Under the pieces are notes generated by a model that worked only from the letters and a program-made list of their open reading frames with translations, did no database searches and was not told where the DNA came from. DNA of 62,261 nucleotides, counting the filler. It is 3 parts of 3 records of this genome, joined end to end, with 100 filler letters (N's around TTAATTAATTAA, not from the genome) between each part and the next. Parts side by side here need not be neighbours in the genome. Positions count along the whole stretch, not along the records: positions 1 to 16,162 come from DRR378314_1693; 2 more parts are not named here. One strand, written 5' to 3'. Numbering within the stretch: the first letter of the stretch is position 1; the number at the start of each line of letters is the position of its first letter. Below, one piece after another: positions 1 to 11,260 of this stretch. The position numbers and the translations under genes were made by a program.

Positions 1-82
1 ACTGCCATTGTTGCAAAGTAACGCCTTGATGTTAAGCCCCTATGAAATGCTGAATTCTGTATCTTTAGGTGGTTTGGGTGTA
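1..82 (-). repeat. Possible half of an ERIC/IRU-like intergenic repeat (MITE) cut by the contig end
   Basis: Minus strand from 82 reads TACACCCAAACCACCTAAAGATACAGAATTCAG...TCAAGGCG, resembling TA-bounded ERIC-type termini of gammaproteobacteria; the other arm is outside the window. Confidence 0.3.
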
Positions 83-206
83 GATGCACTAAATGATAAA
101 TCAATATATTAGAAATTATTTCACGCAAAGATATGAAGTATTATTTAAAGCTGTTTATTCATAGGCATTTTGTTAAACTCAGTAACAACTAAGTACGAGG
201 TAAAAA

Positions 207-458
207 ATGACTGAAATTCATAGTAAAGCACGTATTCGTTGGGCTTGTCGTCGCGGGATGTTAGAGCTTGATGTATTGTTTATGCCATTTGTTGAAGAAG
301 CGTTTGATTCATTATCAGCAAAGCAACAAGCAGTGTTTCAACGTTTATTAGAAGCGGATGATCCCGACTTATTTGCTTGGTTCATGGGCCATCAACCTTG
401 CAAAGACGCTGAACTAAACGAGATGGTGCAGCTTATTTTAAATCGAGTTCGTGTATAG
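207..458 (+). CDS. sdhE: FAD assembly factor SdhE (succinate dehydrogenase flavinylation)
   Basis: RIRWACRRGMLELD signature and DPDLFAWFMG; GAGG RBS upstream. Confidence 0.95.
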   Translation: MTEIHSKARIRWACRRGMLELDVLFMPFVEEAFDSLSAKQQAVFQRLLEADDPDLFAWFMGHQPCKDAELNEMVQLILNRVRV

Positions 459-870
459 ATTTTGCGTTACAAATAATAAAGCAGATCATAAAGCATTTGT
501 GGTCTGTTTTGGTTTATTTGCGTGTTGTTTCAGTGCCTTTTTAACGACACTGTTTGCTCAAGTTTTGACTTTATGTTTGAGTTTACTAGTTGGGTTGTTT
601 TGTTGGCGATGGTATACGCATCAACATCCGATAAAAGGTACGTTGATTATTGATTCTCCACACTGTCACTTTGTGAATTCAGAAAAAGAAATCACGGGTA
701 AGATAGGCTGCAAAAGTAGAGCGTATCAGCATAGTGTTTGGTTGAACATTATTGGACTAAGTCGCACCCATTGGCTAATTATTAATGCTAATGGATGCGA
801 TGAGCAAAGTTTTACCCGCCTAAAGCGAGCTGTATTGATTAGTTCTGCTGATGTGTCGGTGTCAAAATAG
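451..870 (+). CDS. YgfX-like inner membrane protein
   Basis: Overlaps sdhE stop, two N-terminal hydrophobic helices, C-terminal FTRLKR; usual position after sdhE. Confidence 0.65.
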   Translation: MYRFCVTNNKADHKAFVVCFGLFACCFSAFLTTLFAQVLTLCLSLLVGLFCWRWYTHQHPIKGTLIIDSPHCHFVNSEKEITGKIGCKSRAYQHSVWLNIIGLSRTHWLIINANGCDEQSFTRLKRAVLISSADVSVSK

Positions 871-2455
871 TTGGTTTAGGGTTGTTATCTTTATCTGGGT
901 AATCAATGGTGTAGTGAAGGCCTCGACTTTCTTTTCGCTGCATTGCACTGCGAATAATAAGCTCCGCTACTTGCACTAAGTTACGTAATTCCAGTAAGTT
1001 ATTAGAAACTCTAAAGTTTGCATAATACTCAAGAATTTCTTGTTGTAATAACTCAACACGATGAAGGGCTCGCTCTAAACGTTTTGTTGAGCGCACAATA
1101 CCAACATAATCCCACATAAAAAGTCGTAACTCATGCCAGTTATGTGTAATTACGACCTCTTCATCCGAATTAGACACTCTGCTTTCATCCCATACTGGCA
1201 ATGCTTGTTGTTCAGGGCTTTGATTAATTTTTGCTAGTATATCTTTGGCTGCTGCATGGGCAAAAACAATGCATTCAAGCAGTGAGTTGCTCGCCATGCG
1301 ATTTGCACCGTGCAAACCAGTATAAGCGACTTCACCAATAGCATATAAGTTATCCAGATCTGTTTTGCCATTAAAGTCAGTCATCACGCCACCGCATGTG
1401 TAATGTGCTGCAGGTACAACCGGTATTGGTTCTTTAGTAATGTCTAAACCTACACTTAAGCATTTTGCATAAATAGTGGGAAAGTGCTCAATGATAAAGT
1501 CTTTTTCTTTATGGCTAATGTCTAAGTAAACACAGTTAGCACCTAAGCGTTTCATCTCAAAGTCTATTGCGCGAGCAACGATGTCGCGCGGTGCAAGTTC
1601 TTCTCTTTCATCAAAGTCTTTCATAAAACGTGTGCCATCGGGGCGCTTTAAATATGCCCCTTCTCCACGCATTGCTTCAGTGATTAAGAAGTTTTGTAGT
1701 TCTGGATGATACAGGCTTGTTGGATGAAATTGGTTAAACTCCATATTTGCTACACGGCATCCTGCGCGCCAAGCCATAGCGATGCCATCACCACTTGATA
1801 CATCAGGATTTGATGTGTACAAGTACACTTTACTTGCGCCACCAGTGGCTAATGCAACAAATTTTGCAGCAACTGTCTCTACACGTTTTGCTTGGCGGTT
1901 CCACATATATATACCGTGGATATGTTGCCCTTGTCGGCCTAATTTTTTGTCACCAATTAAATCTATTGCATTGTATTGTTCTAAAATTGTTATATTGGGG
2001 TGGGCTTGGACTTGGCTAATAAGAGTTGTTTGTACAGCACGGCCTGTAGCATCTGCGGCATGTAAAATACGTCGATGGCTATGTCCACCTTCACGGGTTA
2101 AGTGAAAACGTTCTTTGCCTTGACTATCAAACTCCATATCAAATGGAACACCTTGTTCAATTAACCATTGTAGGCAATCTTGTGCATTACTTGCTGTGTA
2201 ATGCACCACTTCGCGCTCACATAAGCCGCCACCTGCATCTAATGTATCTTGAACGTGTGATTCAATGCTGTCATTTTTTTTATCAAAAACGGCGGCAATA
2301 CCCCCTTGGGCATAAAGGGTTGAACCTTCCTTTAATTCACCCTTACTAATAACGATAACGTTGCAGTGATTAGCTAGCGATAAAGCTAATGAAAGTCCAG
2401 CCGCGCCGCTTCCAATAATAGCAACATCTGTGGTGTGGTGTTTATTTTGGTTCAT
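839..2455 (-). CDS. nadB: L-aspartate oxidase
   Basis: GSGAAG FAD motif, [47 protein letters not shown]; divergent from rpoE. Confidence 0.97.
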   Translation of the reverse strand: MNQNKHHTTDVAIIGSGAAGLSLALSLANHCNVIVISKGELKEGSTLYAQGGIAAVFDKKNDSIESHVQDTLDAGGGLCEREVVHYTASNAQDCLQWLIEQGVPFDMEFDSQGKERFHLTREGGHSHRRILHAADATGRAVQTTLISQVQAHPNITILEQYNAIDLIGDKKLGRQGQHIHGIYMWNRQAKRVETVAAKFVALATGGASKVYLYTSNPDVSSGDGIAMAWRAGCRVANMEFNQFHPTSLYHPELQNFLITEAMRGEGAYLKRPDGTRFMKDFDEREELAPRDIVARAIDFEMKRLGANCVYLDISHKEKDFIIEHFPTIYAKCLSVGLDITKEPIPVVPAAHYTCGGVMTDFNGKTDLDNLYAIGEVAYTGLHGANRMASNSLLECIVFAHAAAKDILAKINQSPEQQALPVWDESRVSNSDEEVVITHNWHELRLFMWDYVGIVRSTKRLERALHRVELLQQEILEYYANFRVSNNLLELRNLVQVAELIIRSAMQRKESRGLHYTIDYPDKDNNPKPTILTPTHQQN

Positions 2456-2627
2456 GTCCGTGGTCTTTGCGGTTACAATGCCCGAGATACTAATTTATGA
2501 AATTGGTACGAGCAATCAATATTATTGTATATGCATATATGTATCATATTTTGGGGCGACACAATTAGTCATTTTAAGCCCTCGTCTACATATTTATGAG
2601 CTATTTTATAAAAAAATAATATTAAAT

Positions 2628-2654
2628 GAACTTTTTATTCACCCCCCAGTCAGA
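2628..2654 (+). promoter_or_regulatory. SigmaE-dependent autoregulatory promoter of rpoE
   Basis: GAACTT-N16-TCAGA 66 nt upstream of the rpoE start, matching the sigmaE consensus. Confidence 0.75.
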
Positions 2655-2720
2655 GTATTTGTGAACAATGACTAAGATATGAATAACAAGTAATAATTAG
2701 ATATAGGAGTACCGGCTCGA

Positions 2721-3302
2721 ATGAGCGAGCAGGATTTGGATTTAGCGCTGGTAAAAAGAGTTCAGCAAGGCGATAAGAATGCCTTCAACTTATTAGTAAA
2801 GAAGTATCAGAATAAAATAGCCGGATTGATATCACGTTACGTATCTAATCATGGTGACATTGCTGATGTTGCACAAGAAGCGTTTATTAAAGCTTATCGT
2901 GCACTTCCGAACTTTCGTGGAGACAGTGCTTTTTATACTTGGTTATACCGTATCGCAGTTAATTGTGCTAAAAATTATTTAGTTGCTCAAGGCCGCAAAC
3001 CGCCAGCAAATGATGTTGATGCTGAGGATGCAGAATTTTATGAAGGTGCTGATGCGTTACGCTCAAATGCATCTCCAGAAAATTTGTTACTCAGTGACGA
3101 AGTTCGCGCTGTAATTTTTAACACAATTGATAGTTTGCCTGAAGATCTTAAAACCGCGATCACCTTACGAGAAATCGAAGGGATGAGCTATGAAGAAATA
3201 GCCGTGGTTATGGATTGCCCTGTAGGTACGGTGCGTTCGCGCATATTTCGTGCCCGAGAGGCAATTGATAACAAAATAAACCCATTAATAGGCGAGTCTT
3301 AA
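2721..3302 (+). CDS. rpoE: RNA polymerase sigma factor RpoE (sigma24)
   Basis: DVAQEAFIKAYRAL, FYTWLYRIAVN, CPVGTVRSRIFRAREAID. Confidence 0.97.
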   Translation: MSEQDLDLALVKRVQQGDKNAFNLLVKKYQNKIAGLISRYVSNHGDIADVAQEAFIKAYRALPNFRGDSAFYTWLYRIAVNCAKNYLVAQGRKPPANDVDAEDAEFYEGADALRSNASPENLLLSDEVRAVIFNTIDSLPEDLKTAITLREIEGMSYEEIAVVMDCPVGTVRSRIFRAREAIDNKINPLIGES

Positions 3303-3304
3303 AT

Positions 3305-3910
3305 ATGACAAAAGCACACGTTAACAAGTTGGATGATCAAGACCTATCCGCGTTACTTGACGGCGAAGAGTTTTTAACCGATCAGGAAATTGCTGCTAAA
3401 GAGTCTGCAACACTAGGGCGTTATGCTTTGATTGGCGATGTTATGCGTGCTGAGTCTGAAGATGACTTTGTTTTAGATATTAGTGATAGCGTTGCCAAAG
3501 CACTTGAAAGCGAACCCGTATATGCTGATTTCAGCCAAAAACAAAACACTGAGCAAACAACCCAGGCCAGCGATAATGTCGTTGCTTTTAACTGGCGTAG
3601 ACCTGTTGCACAGTTAGCAATTGCTGCAAGTGTTGCAATGTTTGCTATTGTAGGGGTTCAGACATTGCCACAAGGTGATGATTCACCAATGAATGAAATA
3701 CCGATGTTGCAAAGCACGCCTCTAACAGGAGTTGCGTCGCCAGTGAGTTACTCGTCGGAGCCTGCACTTGAAAATGCAGAAAAAGGATTTCGTGAGTTAC
3801 AGCAACAACGTATTGGAGCTCTTGTATTAGAGCATCAGCGTCAAGCACGCGTTGCATATTCATTAGAAAAGGCTCAAACTAAGGCGCAAGCCGAAGAGGA
3901 AAAAAAATAA
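3305..3910 (+). CDS. rseA: Anti-sigmaE factor RseA
   Basis: LSALLDGE, YALIGDVMR, TM segment QLAIAASVAMFAIVGV; follows rpoE. Confidence 0.9.
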   Translation: MTKAHVNKLDDQDLSALLDGEEFLTDQEIAAKESATLGRYALIGDVMRAESEDDFVLDISDSVAKALESEPVYADFSQKQNTEQTTQASDNVVAFNWRRPVAQLAIAASVAMFAIVGVQTLPQGDDSPMNEIPMLQSTPLTGVASPVSYSSEPALENAEKGFRELQQQRIGALVLEHQRQARVAYSLEKAQTKAQAEEEKK

Positions 3911-3914
3911 GTAG

Positions 3915-4871
3915 ATGAAATTCATTACCTTTATTTTATCGCTGGCATTAATAGCTCCTGCCTATTCTAGTGATGAAAAATCAGCAAAAGAGCTTTTGCT
4001 CAATATGGCTGAGGCCGTTCATAACCGCAACTTTGATGCATCGTTTGTTGTTGTTAAGGGCAAATCTATGGAGCCCTATCGTTGGCTCCATGCAAAACAA
4101 GGTGAAACCGAATTAGAGCACTTAAGTTTACTAAACGGTGCTGGCCTTGAAATAATTAGAATTGATGATCAGGTAACCTATTTCGAACCCCAATCAGCTC
4201 CTTATTCTATTGCCACAGATTCAATTGCAGGGCCAATACCTGAGGTTCTTTTTAAAAACATAGAGCGTTTAAATCAAGAATATGATTTTGTATTAGGTGG
4301 TAAAGGGCGCATTGCAGGCAGACCAGCACAACTCGTACGTATTGAATCAAAAGATGAGTATAAATTTAACTATTGGCTTTGGATAGATGCGGAGTCATCG
4401 CTGATTCTAAAGTCAGCCTATGTGAATCACAATGGTGACATGCTCGAGCAACTACAGCTAACACATATTAGTGTGACAGAAGAGCCAGCACCTTTGTTAC
4501 TTGAAATGCTTAACAAAGAGTTTCCAACACCGCTACCTAGTGATGCAATAGCACAAAAAACTGACAATTTAGCGAGTAACAATTGGCAAATAGGCTGGTT
4601 GCCCGACGGCTTTAGCTTATTAAAATCAGACAGGCATAAGCTTGATTTAAATAATGAGTTAACCGATTACTATCTGTATTCCGATGGTTTTGTAGAAGTG
4701 TCTGTATTTGTGCAGCGTCCGTTGCCAGGACGCAGACCAAGCGGTGCGTTATCATCAGGCGCTACAACTATTTATGTTCACAATGCTGGCAGTTTCGATG
4801 TGTCGGTGGTGGGTAATATCCCAGCGTCAACAGCCAAAACTATCGCAGAGTCTGTGGCAAGGCCCCTATAA
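3915..4871 (+). CDS. rseB: SigmaE regulator RseB/MucB
   Basis: Signal peptide, GRIAGR, WLPDGF, YSDGFVEVSVFV, VVGNIP; synteny. Confidence 0.9.
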   Translation: MKFITFILSLALIAPAYSSDEKSAKELLLNMAEAVHNRNFDASFVVVKGKSMEPYRWLHAKQGETELEHLSLLNGAGLEIIRIDDQVTYFEPQSAPYSIATDSIAGPIPEVLFKNIERLNQEYDFVLGGKGRIAGRPAQLVRIESKDEYKFNYWLWIDAESSLILKSAYVNHNGDMLEQLQLTHISVTEEPAPLLLEMLNKEFPTPLPSDAIAQKTDNLASNNWQIGWLPDGFSLLKSDRHKLDLNNELTDYYLYSDGFVEVSVFVQRPLPGRRPSGALSSGATTIYVHNAGSFDVSVVGNIPASTAKTIAESVARPL

Positions 4872-4877
4872 TTCAAC

Positions 4878-5327
4878 ATGATTGAACAAACCCTTACAGT
4901 GGTGTCTATTAAAGGCACCACTGCTAATTTAGAAGCTCAACAAAAAAAAGCATGTGAAGGATGCAATGGGCGCTGTGGTTCTCAAGTATTTGGTAAGCTT
5001 TTCGGCACTGCTAAAAAAACATTCCCATATAAGTTTGATACGCCCGTTGAGGTCGGTCAAAAAGTAACCTTAGCATTAGATGACAGCCATATGGTTAAGC
5101 ATGCTTTTGCTGTTTACATGCTGCCTTTATTTTTAAGCCTTATATTTGCACTTGTTGCTAGTGAAATATTCGATGTTGCTGAGTGGATACAAATATTAGC
5201 CGCTGTTGTAGGTGGTTTTACAGGCTTTATAATTGCTAAAAGTCGTGTTAAAAGCCTTAAGCACGATATAAAAGTAATAAAAATTCACCCAATTAGCCTT
5301 CCTTTAACTCAAATAGATGGTGATTGA
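4878..5327 (+). CDS. rseC: RseC/MucC family protein
   Basis: CEGCNGRCGS Cys motif plus two TM helices; synteny. Confidence 0.85.
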   Translation: MIEQTLTVVSIKGTTANLEAQQKKACEGCNGRCGSQVFGKLFGTAKKTFPYKFDTPVEVGQKVTLALDDSHMVKHAFAVYMLPLFLSLIFALVASEIFDVAEWIQILAAVVGGFTGFIIAKSRVKSLKHDIKVIKIHPISLPLTQIDGD

Positions 5328-5396
5328 GGCCAATTAAATGTAAAATTGCGCCTTTATACACTTATTCCATTAAAATAGAAGTTTAGAATCCAGTTT

Positions 5397-7184
5397 ATGA
5401 AGCATATCCGTAACTTTTCGATCATCGCCCATATTGACCACGGTAAATCGACCCTTTCTGATCGTTTAATCCAAGTTTGTGGCGGTTTAACCGACCGTGA
5501 AATGCAAAAGCAAGTATTGGATTCGATGGACATTGAGCGTGAGCGTGGTATTACCATTAAAGCGCAAAGTGTAACGCTAAATTATACAGCCAATGATGGC
5601 GAAACATACCAATTAAACTTTATCGATACCCCAGGACACGTTGACTTTACTTATGAAGTATCACGTTCATTAGCAGCATGTGAAGGTGCTTTGTTAGTTG
5701 TAGATGCTGGTCAAGGTGTAGAAGCGCAAACATTGGCGAACTGTTACACCGCAATTGAAATGGATTTAGAAGTAATTCCAGTTTTAAATAAAATTGATTT
5801 ACCGCAAGCTGATCCGTTACGTGTCGCAGAAGAAATCGAAGATATTATCGGTATTGACGCCTTAGATGCCGTGCAATGTAGTGCAAAAACCGGCGTAGGT
5901 ATTGCTGAAGTATTAGAAATGATCGTGAAGGATGTTCCGCCACCGGTTGGCGATAAAGATCAACCTCTACAAGCACTGATCATCGATTCATGGTTTGACC
6001 CATATCAAGGCGTTGTATCACTTGTTCGCATCAAGCATGGTGAGCTGCGCGCTGGCGACAAAATAAAAATCATGTCGAATGAGCAAGTTCATATTGCTGA
6101 TCATGTGGGTATATTTACGCCAAAACAAACCAATACTGGCGTTTTAAGAACCGGCGAAGTTGGGTTTGTGATTGCGGGTATTAAAGAGATTCACGGCGCA
6201 CCGGTTGGTGACACTATTACGCATCAAAAAAATGCGGCACCTGAACGTTTACCTGGTTTTCAAAAAATAAAACCGCAGGTTTATGCAGGGATGTTCCCAA
6301 TTGCATCTGATGAGTACGAATCTTTCCGTGATGCACTTAACAAATTAAGTCTAAATGACGCATCGTTATTCTTCGAGCCGGAAAACTCAACGGCACTTGG
6401 CTTTGGTTTCCGCTGTGGCTTTTTAGGCATGCTACACATGGAGATCATTCAAGAGCGTTTAGAGCGCGAATACGATATTGATTTGATCACCACCGCACCA
6501 ACAGTAATTTATGAAGTAGTGACTAAAGAAGGTACTACGCAAATAGATAACCCATCAGACTTACCACCAGTGAATGATATTTTAGAGATTCGTGAGCCTG
6601 TAGTGGAAGCCAATATACTTGTACCACAAGAATATTTAGGTAGTGTTATTACTTTGTGTGTCGACAAGCGTGGCATGCAAACTAAAATGAGCTATCACGG
6701 TAAACAAGTTGCAGTCACTTACGAACTGCCAATGGCTGAAGTGGTCATGGACTTTTTCGATAAGTTAAAATCTACTAGTCGTGGTTTTGCATCACTTGAT
6801 TATAACTTCAAGCACTTCCAAGTTTCAGACATGGTTAGAGTTGATATCTTAATCAATGGTGATCGTGTTGATGCGTTGGCTATAATTGTACACAGAGAGA
6901 GTGCGCAATCACGTGGCCGTCAATTAGCTGATGCGCTTAAAGAGCTTATTCCTCGTCAGATGTTTGATATTGCAATTCAAGCAGCAATTGGTCAGCATGT
7001 AATAGCGCGTACCACCGTTAAGCAGTTACGTAAAAATGTAATCGCAAAATGTTATGGTGGTGACGTGAGCCGTAAGAAGAAACTTCTTCAGAAACAAAAA
7101 GACGGTAAAAAGCGAATGAAGCAACTAGGTAATGTTGAAGTACCGCAAGATGCTTTCTTAGCTATTCTTAAAGTTGGTAAATAA
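5397..7184 (+). CDS. lepA: Translation elongation factor 4
   Basis: [39 protein letters not shown]. Confidence 0.98.
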   Translation: MKHIRNFSIIAHIDHGKSTLSDRLIQVCGGLTDREMQKQVLDSMDIERERGITIKAQSVTLNYTANDGETYQLNFIDTPGHVDFTYEVSRSLAACEGALLVVDAGQGVEAQTLANCYTAIEMDLEVIPVLNKIDLPQADPLRVAEEIEDIIGIDALDAVQCSAKTGVGIAEVLEMIVKDVPPPVGDKDQPLQALIIDSWFDPYQGVVSLVRIKHGELRAGDKIKIMSNEQVHIADHVGIFTPKQTNTGVLRTGEVGFVIAGIKEIHGAPVGDTITHQKNAAPERLPGFQKIKPQVYAGMFPIASDEYESFRDALNKLSLNDASLFFEPENSTALGFGFRCGFLGMLHMEIIQERLEREYDIDLITTAPTVIYEVVTKEGTTQIDNPSDLPPVNDILEIREPVVEANILVPQEYLGSVITLCVDKRGMQTKMSYHGKQVAVTYELPMAEVVMDFFDKLKSTSRGFASLDYNFKHFQVSDMVRVDILINGDRVDALAIIVHRESAQSRGRQLADALKELIPRQMFDIAIQAAIGQHVIARTTVKQLRKNVIAKCYGGDVSRKKKLLQKQKDGKKRMKQLGNVEVPQDAFLAILKVGK

Positions 7185-7209
7185 GTTTCGTAGATAAAGG
7201 GATTAATGC

Positions 7210-8145
7210 ATGGCCGGTTACTTTTCAATATTTTTAGTGCTTTTAACTTTAGGTTCAGGCTTAATTTGGTTAATTGACCACTTTATTTTTGCACCAAAAA
7301 GGCAAGAGCGTATCGCCTTAGCGAGTAACTCTGCAGGTGGGGAATTAGATGAAGAAACTGTTGCATTAATCGCGCCGGAGCCGGCAATAATAGAAACTGC
7401 AAAATCAATCTTCCCGATGATTGCAGCAATTACGATATTTAGATCGTTTTTGTTCGAACCGTTTCAAATTCCATCGGGTTCAATGATGCCAACATTGCTT
7501 GTTGGCGATTTTATTCTAGTACAAAAGTATTCATATGGGGTAAAAGACCCTGTTTGGCGTACTCAATTAGTTGATGTTAGTGAGCCTGAGCGTGGTGATA
7601 TCGTGGTATTCAAATACCCACTCGATGAACGGGTTGATTACATTAAACGCGCAATTGGTTTGCCAGGTGATAAAATTGTATATCGAAATAAACGTTTATA
7701 TATTCAGCCTAATTGTGAACAAGGACAAACACAAAAGGGTGATTTAATGTGTAATGAGTTTAATAAAATTGACATGGAAATCATCAATCGTGACGAATTT
7801 AAGCAAGGCTCAATGGATTTAGTGCGTATTAATGAAAATTTAACCACATTAGAGCATGATATTTTAATAAACCCAGAAGCGCTTGAAATGAAAGGGCGTT
7901 ACTATCAACAACCGGGTACACGTTCAGATGAATGGGTAGTACCGGCAGATCATTATTTTATGATGGGTGATAATCGCGACAATAGCCAAGATAGTCGTGT
8001 ATGGGGCTTTGTACCAAAAGAAAACTTGGTGGGTAAAGCTGTCTTTATATGGATGAGTTTTGAATTTGATAATGGCCCAGGTGACATTTTACCAGGCTGG
8101 GTTCCAACTGGAGTTCGTTTTGAACGCCTAGGTAACATTCAGTAA
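7210..8145 (+). CDS. lepB: Signal peptidase I
   Basis: [14 protein letters not shown] catalytic Ser box, DYIKR Lys box, [11 protein letters not shown]. Confidence 0.97.
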   Translation: MAGYFSIFLVLLTLGSGLIWLIDHFIFAPKRQERIALASNSAGGELDEETVALIAPEPAIIETAKSIFPMIAAITIFRSFLFEPFQIPSGSMMPTLLVGDFILVQKYSYGVKDPVWRTQLVDVSEPERGDIVVFKYPLDERVDYIKRAIGLPGDKIVYRNKRLYIQPNCEQGQTQKGDLMCNEFNKIDMEIINRDEFKQGSMDLVRINENLTTLEHDILINPEALEMKGRYYQQPGTRSDEWVVPADHYFMMGDNRDNSQDSRVWGFVPKENLVGKAVFIWMSFEFDNGPGDILPGWVPTGVRFERLGNIQ

Positions 8146-8147
8146 CA

Positions 8148-8825
8148 ATGAAAAAAAACGTAACAGAGTTATATAACAAAATAGGGTATACATTTACTGA
8201 TCAAGGACTACTTGAACAGGCGATGACCCATCGTAGTCACAAAGGGCAGCATAATGAACGCTTAGAGTTTTTAGGAGATTCTATTCTAAGCTTTGTCATT
8301 GCCAATGCGCTTTATGGCAAGTTTCCAAAAGCCCGTGAAGGTGACTTAAGCCGTATGCGCTCTACTTTAGTGCGTGGTCAAACTCTCGCTGAGTTTGGTC
8401 TTGAATTTGGTTTAGGTGACTATTTACGTTTAGGCCCAGGTGAACTTAAAAGTGGTGGTTTTAGACGTGAATCTACACTTGCTGATGCTGTTGAAGCGAT
8501 TATTGGTGCAGTATTCTTAGATTCAGGCATTGATGTATGTGGTGATTTAATTTTGCAGTGGTATGAGCCAAGACTCGATGCAATATCACCTGGATTAAAC
8601 CAAAAAGATCCTAAAACATTGCTGCAAGAATACTTACAAGCACGCAAATTGTCTTTGCCAGGTTACACAGTCGTTGATACCAAAGGCCAAGCTCACAATC
8701 AAACATTCACGGTTGAATGTATTGTTGAAGGTATGGATAGCATAATCTCAGTAGGTAGCTCTCGTCGTAAGGCTGAGCAAAAAGCCGCTGAAAAAGCATT
8801 GAAGATACTTAAAAATGAATCTTGA
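8148..8825 (+). CDS. rnc: Ribonuclease III
   Basis: [13 protein letters not shown] signature and C-terminal dsRBD ([11 protein letters not shown]). Confidence 0.98.
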   Translation: MKKNVTELYNKIGYTFTDQGLLEQAMTHRSHKGQHNERLEFLGDSILSFVIANALYGKFPKAREGDLSRMRSTLVRGQTLAEFGLEFGLGDYLRLGPGELKSGGFRRESTLADAVEAIIGAVFLDSGIDVCGDLILQWYEPRLDAISPGLNQKDPKTLLQEYLQARKLSLPGYTVVDTKGQAHNQTFTVECIVEGMDSIISVGSSRRKAEQKAAEKALKILKNES

Positions 8826-9747
8826 TACACTTATCCAACCTCATGAAGGTGAGCTAGACACTTATTGTGGCATGATAGCAATTGTCGGTCGTCCTAACGT
8901 TGGTAAATCAACCTTACTTAATGAAATCATTGAGCAAAAAGTAAGTATTACATCACGTAAACCACAAACTACACGTCACCGTATTATGGGTATTCATACA
9001 GAAGGTCAGCATCAAGCTGTTTATGTTGATACACCTGGGTTGCACGTTGAAGAAAAACGCGCCATTAACCGTTTAATGAACCGCGCAGCATCAAGTTCAA
9101 TCGGTGATGTTGAATTAATCATTTTTGTGGTTGAAGGCACTCATTGGAATGCTGATGATGAAATGGTACTCAATAAGGTAAGCCAAAGTGGTAAGCCAGT
9201 TTTATTAGTTATTAATAAGATTGACCAAGTTAAAGATCGTGACCTTGTATTACCGCACATGAAGTTTTTAGGCGATAAGTTTGACTTTATAGGTATTATG
9301 CCTGTGTCAGCGACACAAGGTAAAAATATTAACTTGATTAAAGATGAAGTAACGAAGCGCCTTCCTCTGTGTGAATTTTACTTCCCAGATGACTATGTAA
9401 CTGACCGCTCAATGCGTTTCATGGCAGCTGAAGTTATTCGTGAAAAGCTAATGCGATTCATGGGTGAAGAGCTTCCTTATTCAGTGACTGTTGAAATCGA
9501 GCAGTTTAAATGGCAAGACAACGGTGTTTGGCACATCAACGGCCTGATTTTAGTTGAGCGTGAAACACAAAAGCGCATGGTTATTGGTAACAAAGGTGAA
9601 AAGCTAAAAGTTATTGGCCGTGAAGCACGTAAAGATCTTGAAGAAATGCTTGATAATAAAGTGTTCTTAGAGCTTTGGGTAAAAGTAAAATCGGGTTGGG
9701 CTGACGATGAAAGAGCCCTGCGTAGTTTAGGCTATGGTGAAGATTAA
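8815..9747 (+). CDS. era: GTPase Era
   Basis: [20 protein letters not shown]-domain VIGNKG. Confidence 0.98.
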   Translation: MNLDTLIQPHEGELDTYCGMIAIVGRPNVGKSTLLNEIIEQKVSITSRKPQTTRHRIMGIHTEGQHQAVYVDTPGLHVEEKRAINRLMNRAASSSIGDVELIIFVVEGTHWNADDEMVLNKVSQSGKPVLLVINKIDQVKDRDLVLPHMKFLGDKFDFIGIMPVSATQGKNINLIKDEVTKRLPLCEFYFPDDYVTDRSMRFMAAEVIREKLMRFMGEELPYSVTVEIEQFKWQDNGVWHINGLILVERETQKRMVIGNKGEKLKVIGREARKDLEEMLDNKVFLELWVKVKSGWADDERALRSLGYGED

Positions 9748-9766
9748 CTTCAGCCTAAATTAACCT

Positions 9767-10453
9767 ATGGATAGCGACTTCTACACAGCATACTTATTAC
9801 ACCGACGTCCTTATAGCGACTCACAAGTAATGCTTGATATGCTAGTAGAAGGCGTTGGCCAATTGCGAATGTTAGCCCGTATCAGTGGTCGACAAGCAAC
9901 AAAGCATAAAGCACAGTTACAACCCTTCCAAACCTTACTAGTAAATTACACTGGTAAACATGATTTAAAATATATCCAACGCTTTGAATTACATGGCGCA
10001 CAATCGCCACTTGTAGGTGATCAGCTTTACTGTGGCTTTTATTTAAATGAACTCACTAACCGCATTGTGCCAATTAATGAGCCAATTGATTATGCTTATC
10101 AGCTTTATAAAACTCACCTAACGCAACTAAACCAGCATCCAAACTTACAAGCCGTGTTGCGCTCTTATGAGTTTCAGTTACTAGAGTTACTCGGTTATGG
10201 TGTTGACTTCACTTTTGATGCGGCGGGCGATCCAATTGATGCGGCGCACACGTATAGTTACTTTGCTGAATATGGCTTTGTGATTCAGGATTTAAAAGGC
10301 AGTGGATTTACTGGTGCACAACTAAATGCAATTGCAGATCATGACTTTAGTGCACCTGATGTGCTATATATGGCGAAACAATTAAGTCGTCATTTAATGA
10401 AGCCATTACTTGGGAAAAAACCATTAAAAAGCCGCGAGCTTTTTATTAAATAA
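9767..10453 (+). CDS. recO: DNA repair protein RecO
   Basis: AYLLHRRPY, LQPF, LYCGFYLNEL, KPLKSRELF; rnc-era-recO synteny. Confidence 0.95.
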   Translation: MDSDFYTAYLLHRRPYSDSQVMLDMLVEGVGQLRMLARISGRQATKHKAQLQPFQTLLVNYTGKHDLKYIQRFELHGAQSPLVGDQLYCGFYLNELTNRIVPINEPIDYAYQLYKTHLTQLNQHPNLQAVLRSYEFQLLELLGYGVDFTFDAAGDPIDAAHTYSYFAEYGFVIQDLKGSGFTGAQLNAIADHDFSAPDVLYMAKQLSRHLMKPLLGKKPLKSRELFIK

Positions 10454-10469
10454 TTTATATAGGTAAAAA

Positions 10470-11201
10470 ATGAAAGACATTCTGTTAGGTATCAACGTTG
10501 ATCATATCGCAACCTTACGTCAAGCACGCGGAACAAATTATCCTGATCCGGCTCATGCAGCCAGTGTAGCTGAACATGCTGGCGCTGATGGTATTACAAT
10601 TCATTTGCGTGAAGATCGTCGTCATATTCAAGACCGAGATGTTTATGTTATGGCTAAAACCATTCAAACACGCATGAATTTAGAGATTGCCGTGACAGAT
10701 GAAATGCTCGATATCGCATTAGATGTTAAGCCTGAGTATGTATGTCTAGTACCAGAAAAGCGTGAAGAGCTAACAACTGAAGGCGGCTTAGATGTTGTAG
10801 GTAACCTTGAAAAAATTAAAGCAGCTACAGCAAAATTGACTGCTGCGGGGATAAAAGTATCATTATTTATAGATGCTGATAAAGCACAACTCGATGCTGC
10901 TAAAGCATGTAATGCTCCGTTTGTTGAAATCCATACAGGTGCATACGCAGATGCTGAAAATGATATTGATATGAATAAAGAACTTGAGCACATTCGCCAA
11001 GGTGTTGAATATGCGGCTAGTTTAGGTATGACGGTAAACGCAGGACATGGTTTGCACTACCACAACGTTAAACCTATTGCTGCAATGAAAGATATTTATG
11101 AACTAAATATTGGGCATGCGATTATCGCCCGTGCAGCGATTGATGGCCTTGATAAGGCCGTTCGCGATATGAAACGCTTAATGTTGGAAGCAAGAGCATA
11201 G
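10470..11201 (+). CDS. pdxJ: Pyridoxine 5'-phosphate synthase
   Basis: [40 protein letters not shown]. Confidence 0.98.
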   Translation: MKDILLGINVDHIATLRQARGTNYPDPAHAASVAEHAGADGITIHLREDRRHIQDRDVYVMAKTIQTRMNLEIAVTDEMLDIALDVKPEYVCLVPEKREELTTEGGLDVVGNLEKIKAATAKLTAAGIKVSLFIDADKAQLDAAKACNAPFVEIHTGAYADAENDIDMNKELEHIRQGVEYAASLGMTVNAGHGLHYHNVKPIAAMKDIYELNIGHAIIARAAIDGLDKAVRDMKRLMLEARA

Positions 11202-11208
11202 TTTTGGC

Positions 11209-11235
11209 AAAAAAAAGCACCGCTTAAAGCGGTGC
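11209..11235 (-). terminator. Rho-independent terminator between convergent pdxJ and TonB-dependent receptor
   Basis: GCACCGC-TTAAA-GCGGTGC hairpin preceded by an A8 run (U-tract on minus strand). Confidence 0.8.
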
Positions 11236-11260
11236 AAGTTACTACATACTACCAGGAAAT

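Noticed and set aside
207-870. sdhE-ygfX as a toxin-antitoxin pair (CptAB)
   Set aside because: SdhE is an established flavinylation factor in a core locus; nothing in the sequence supports a TA role
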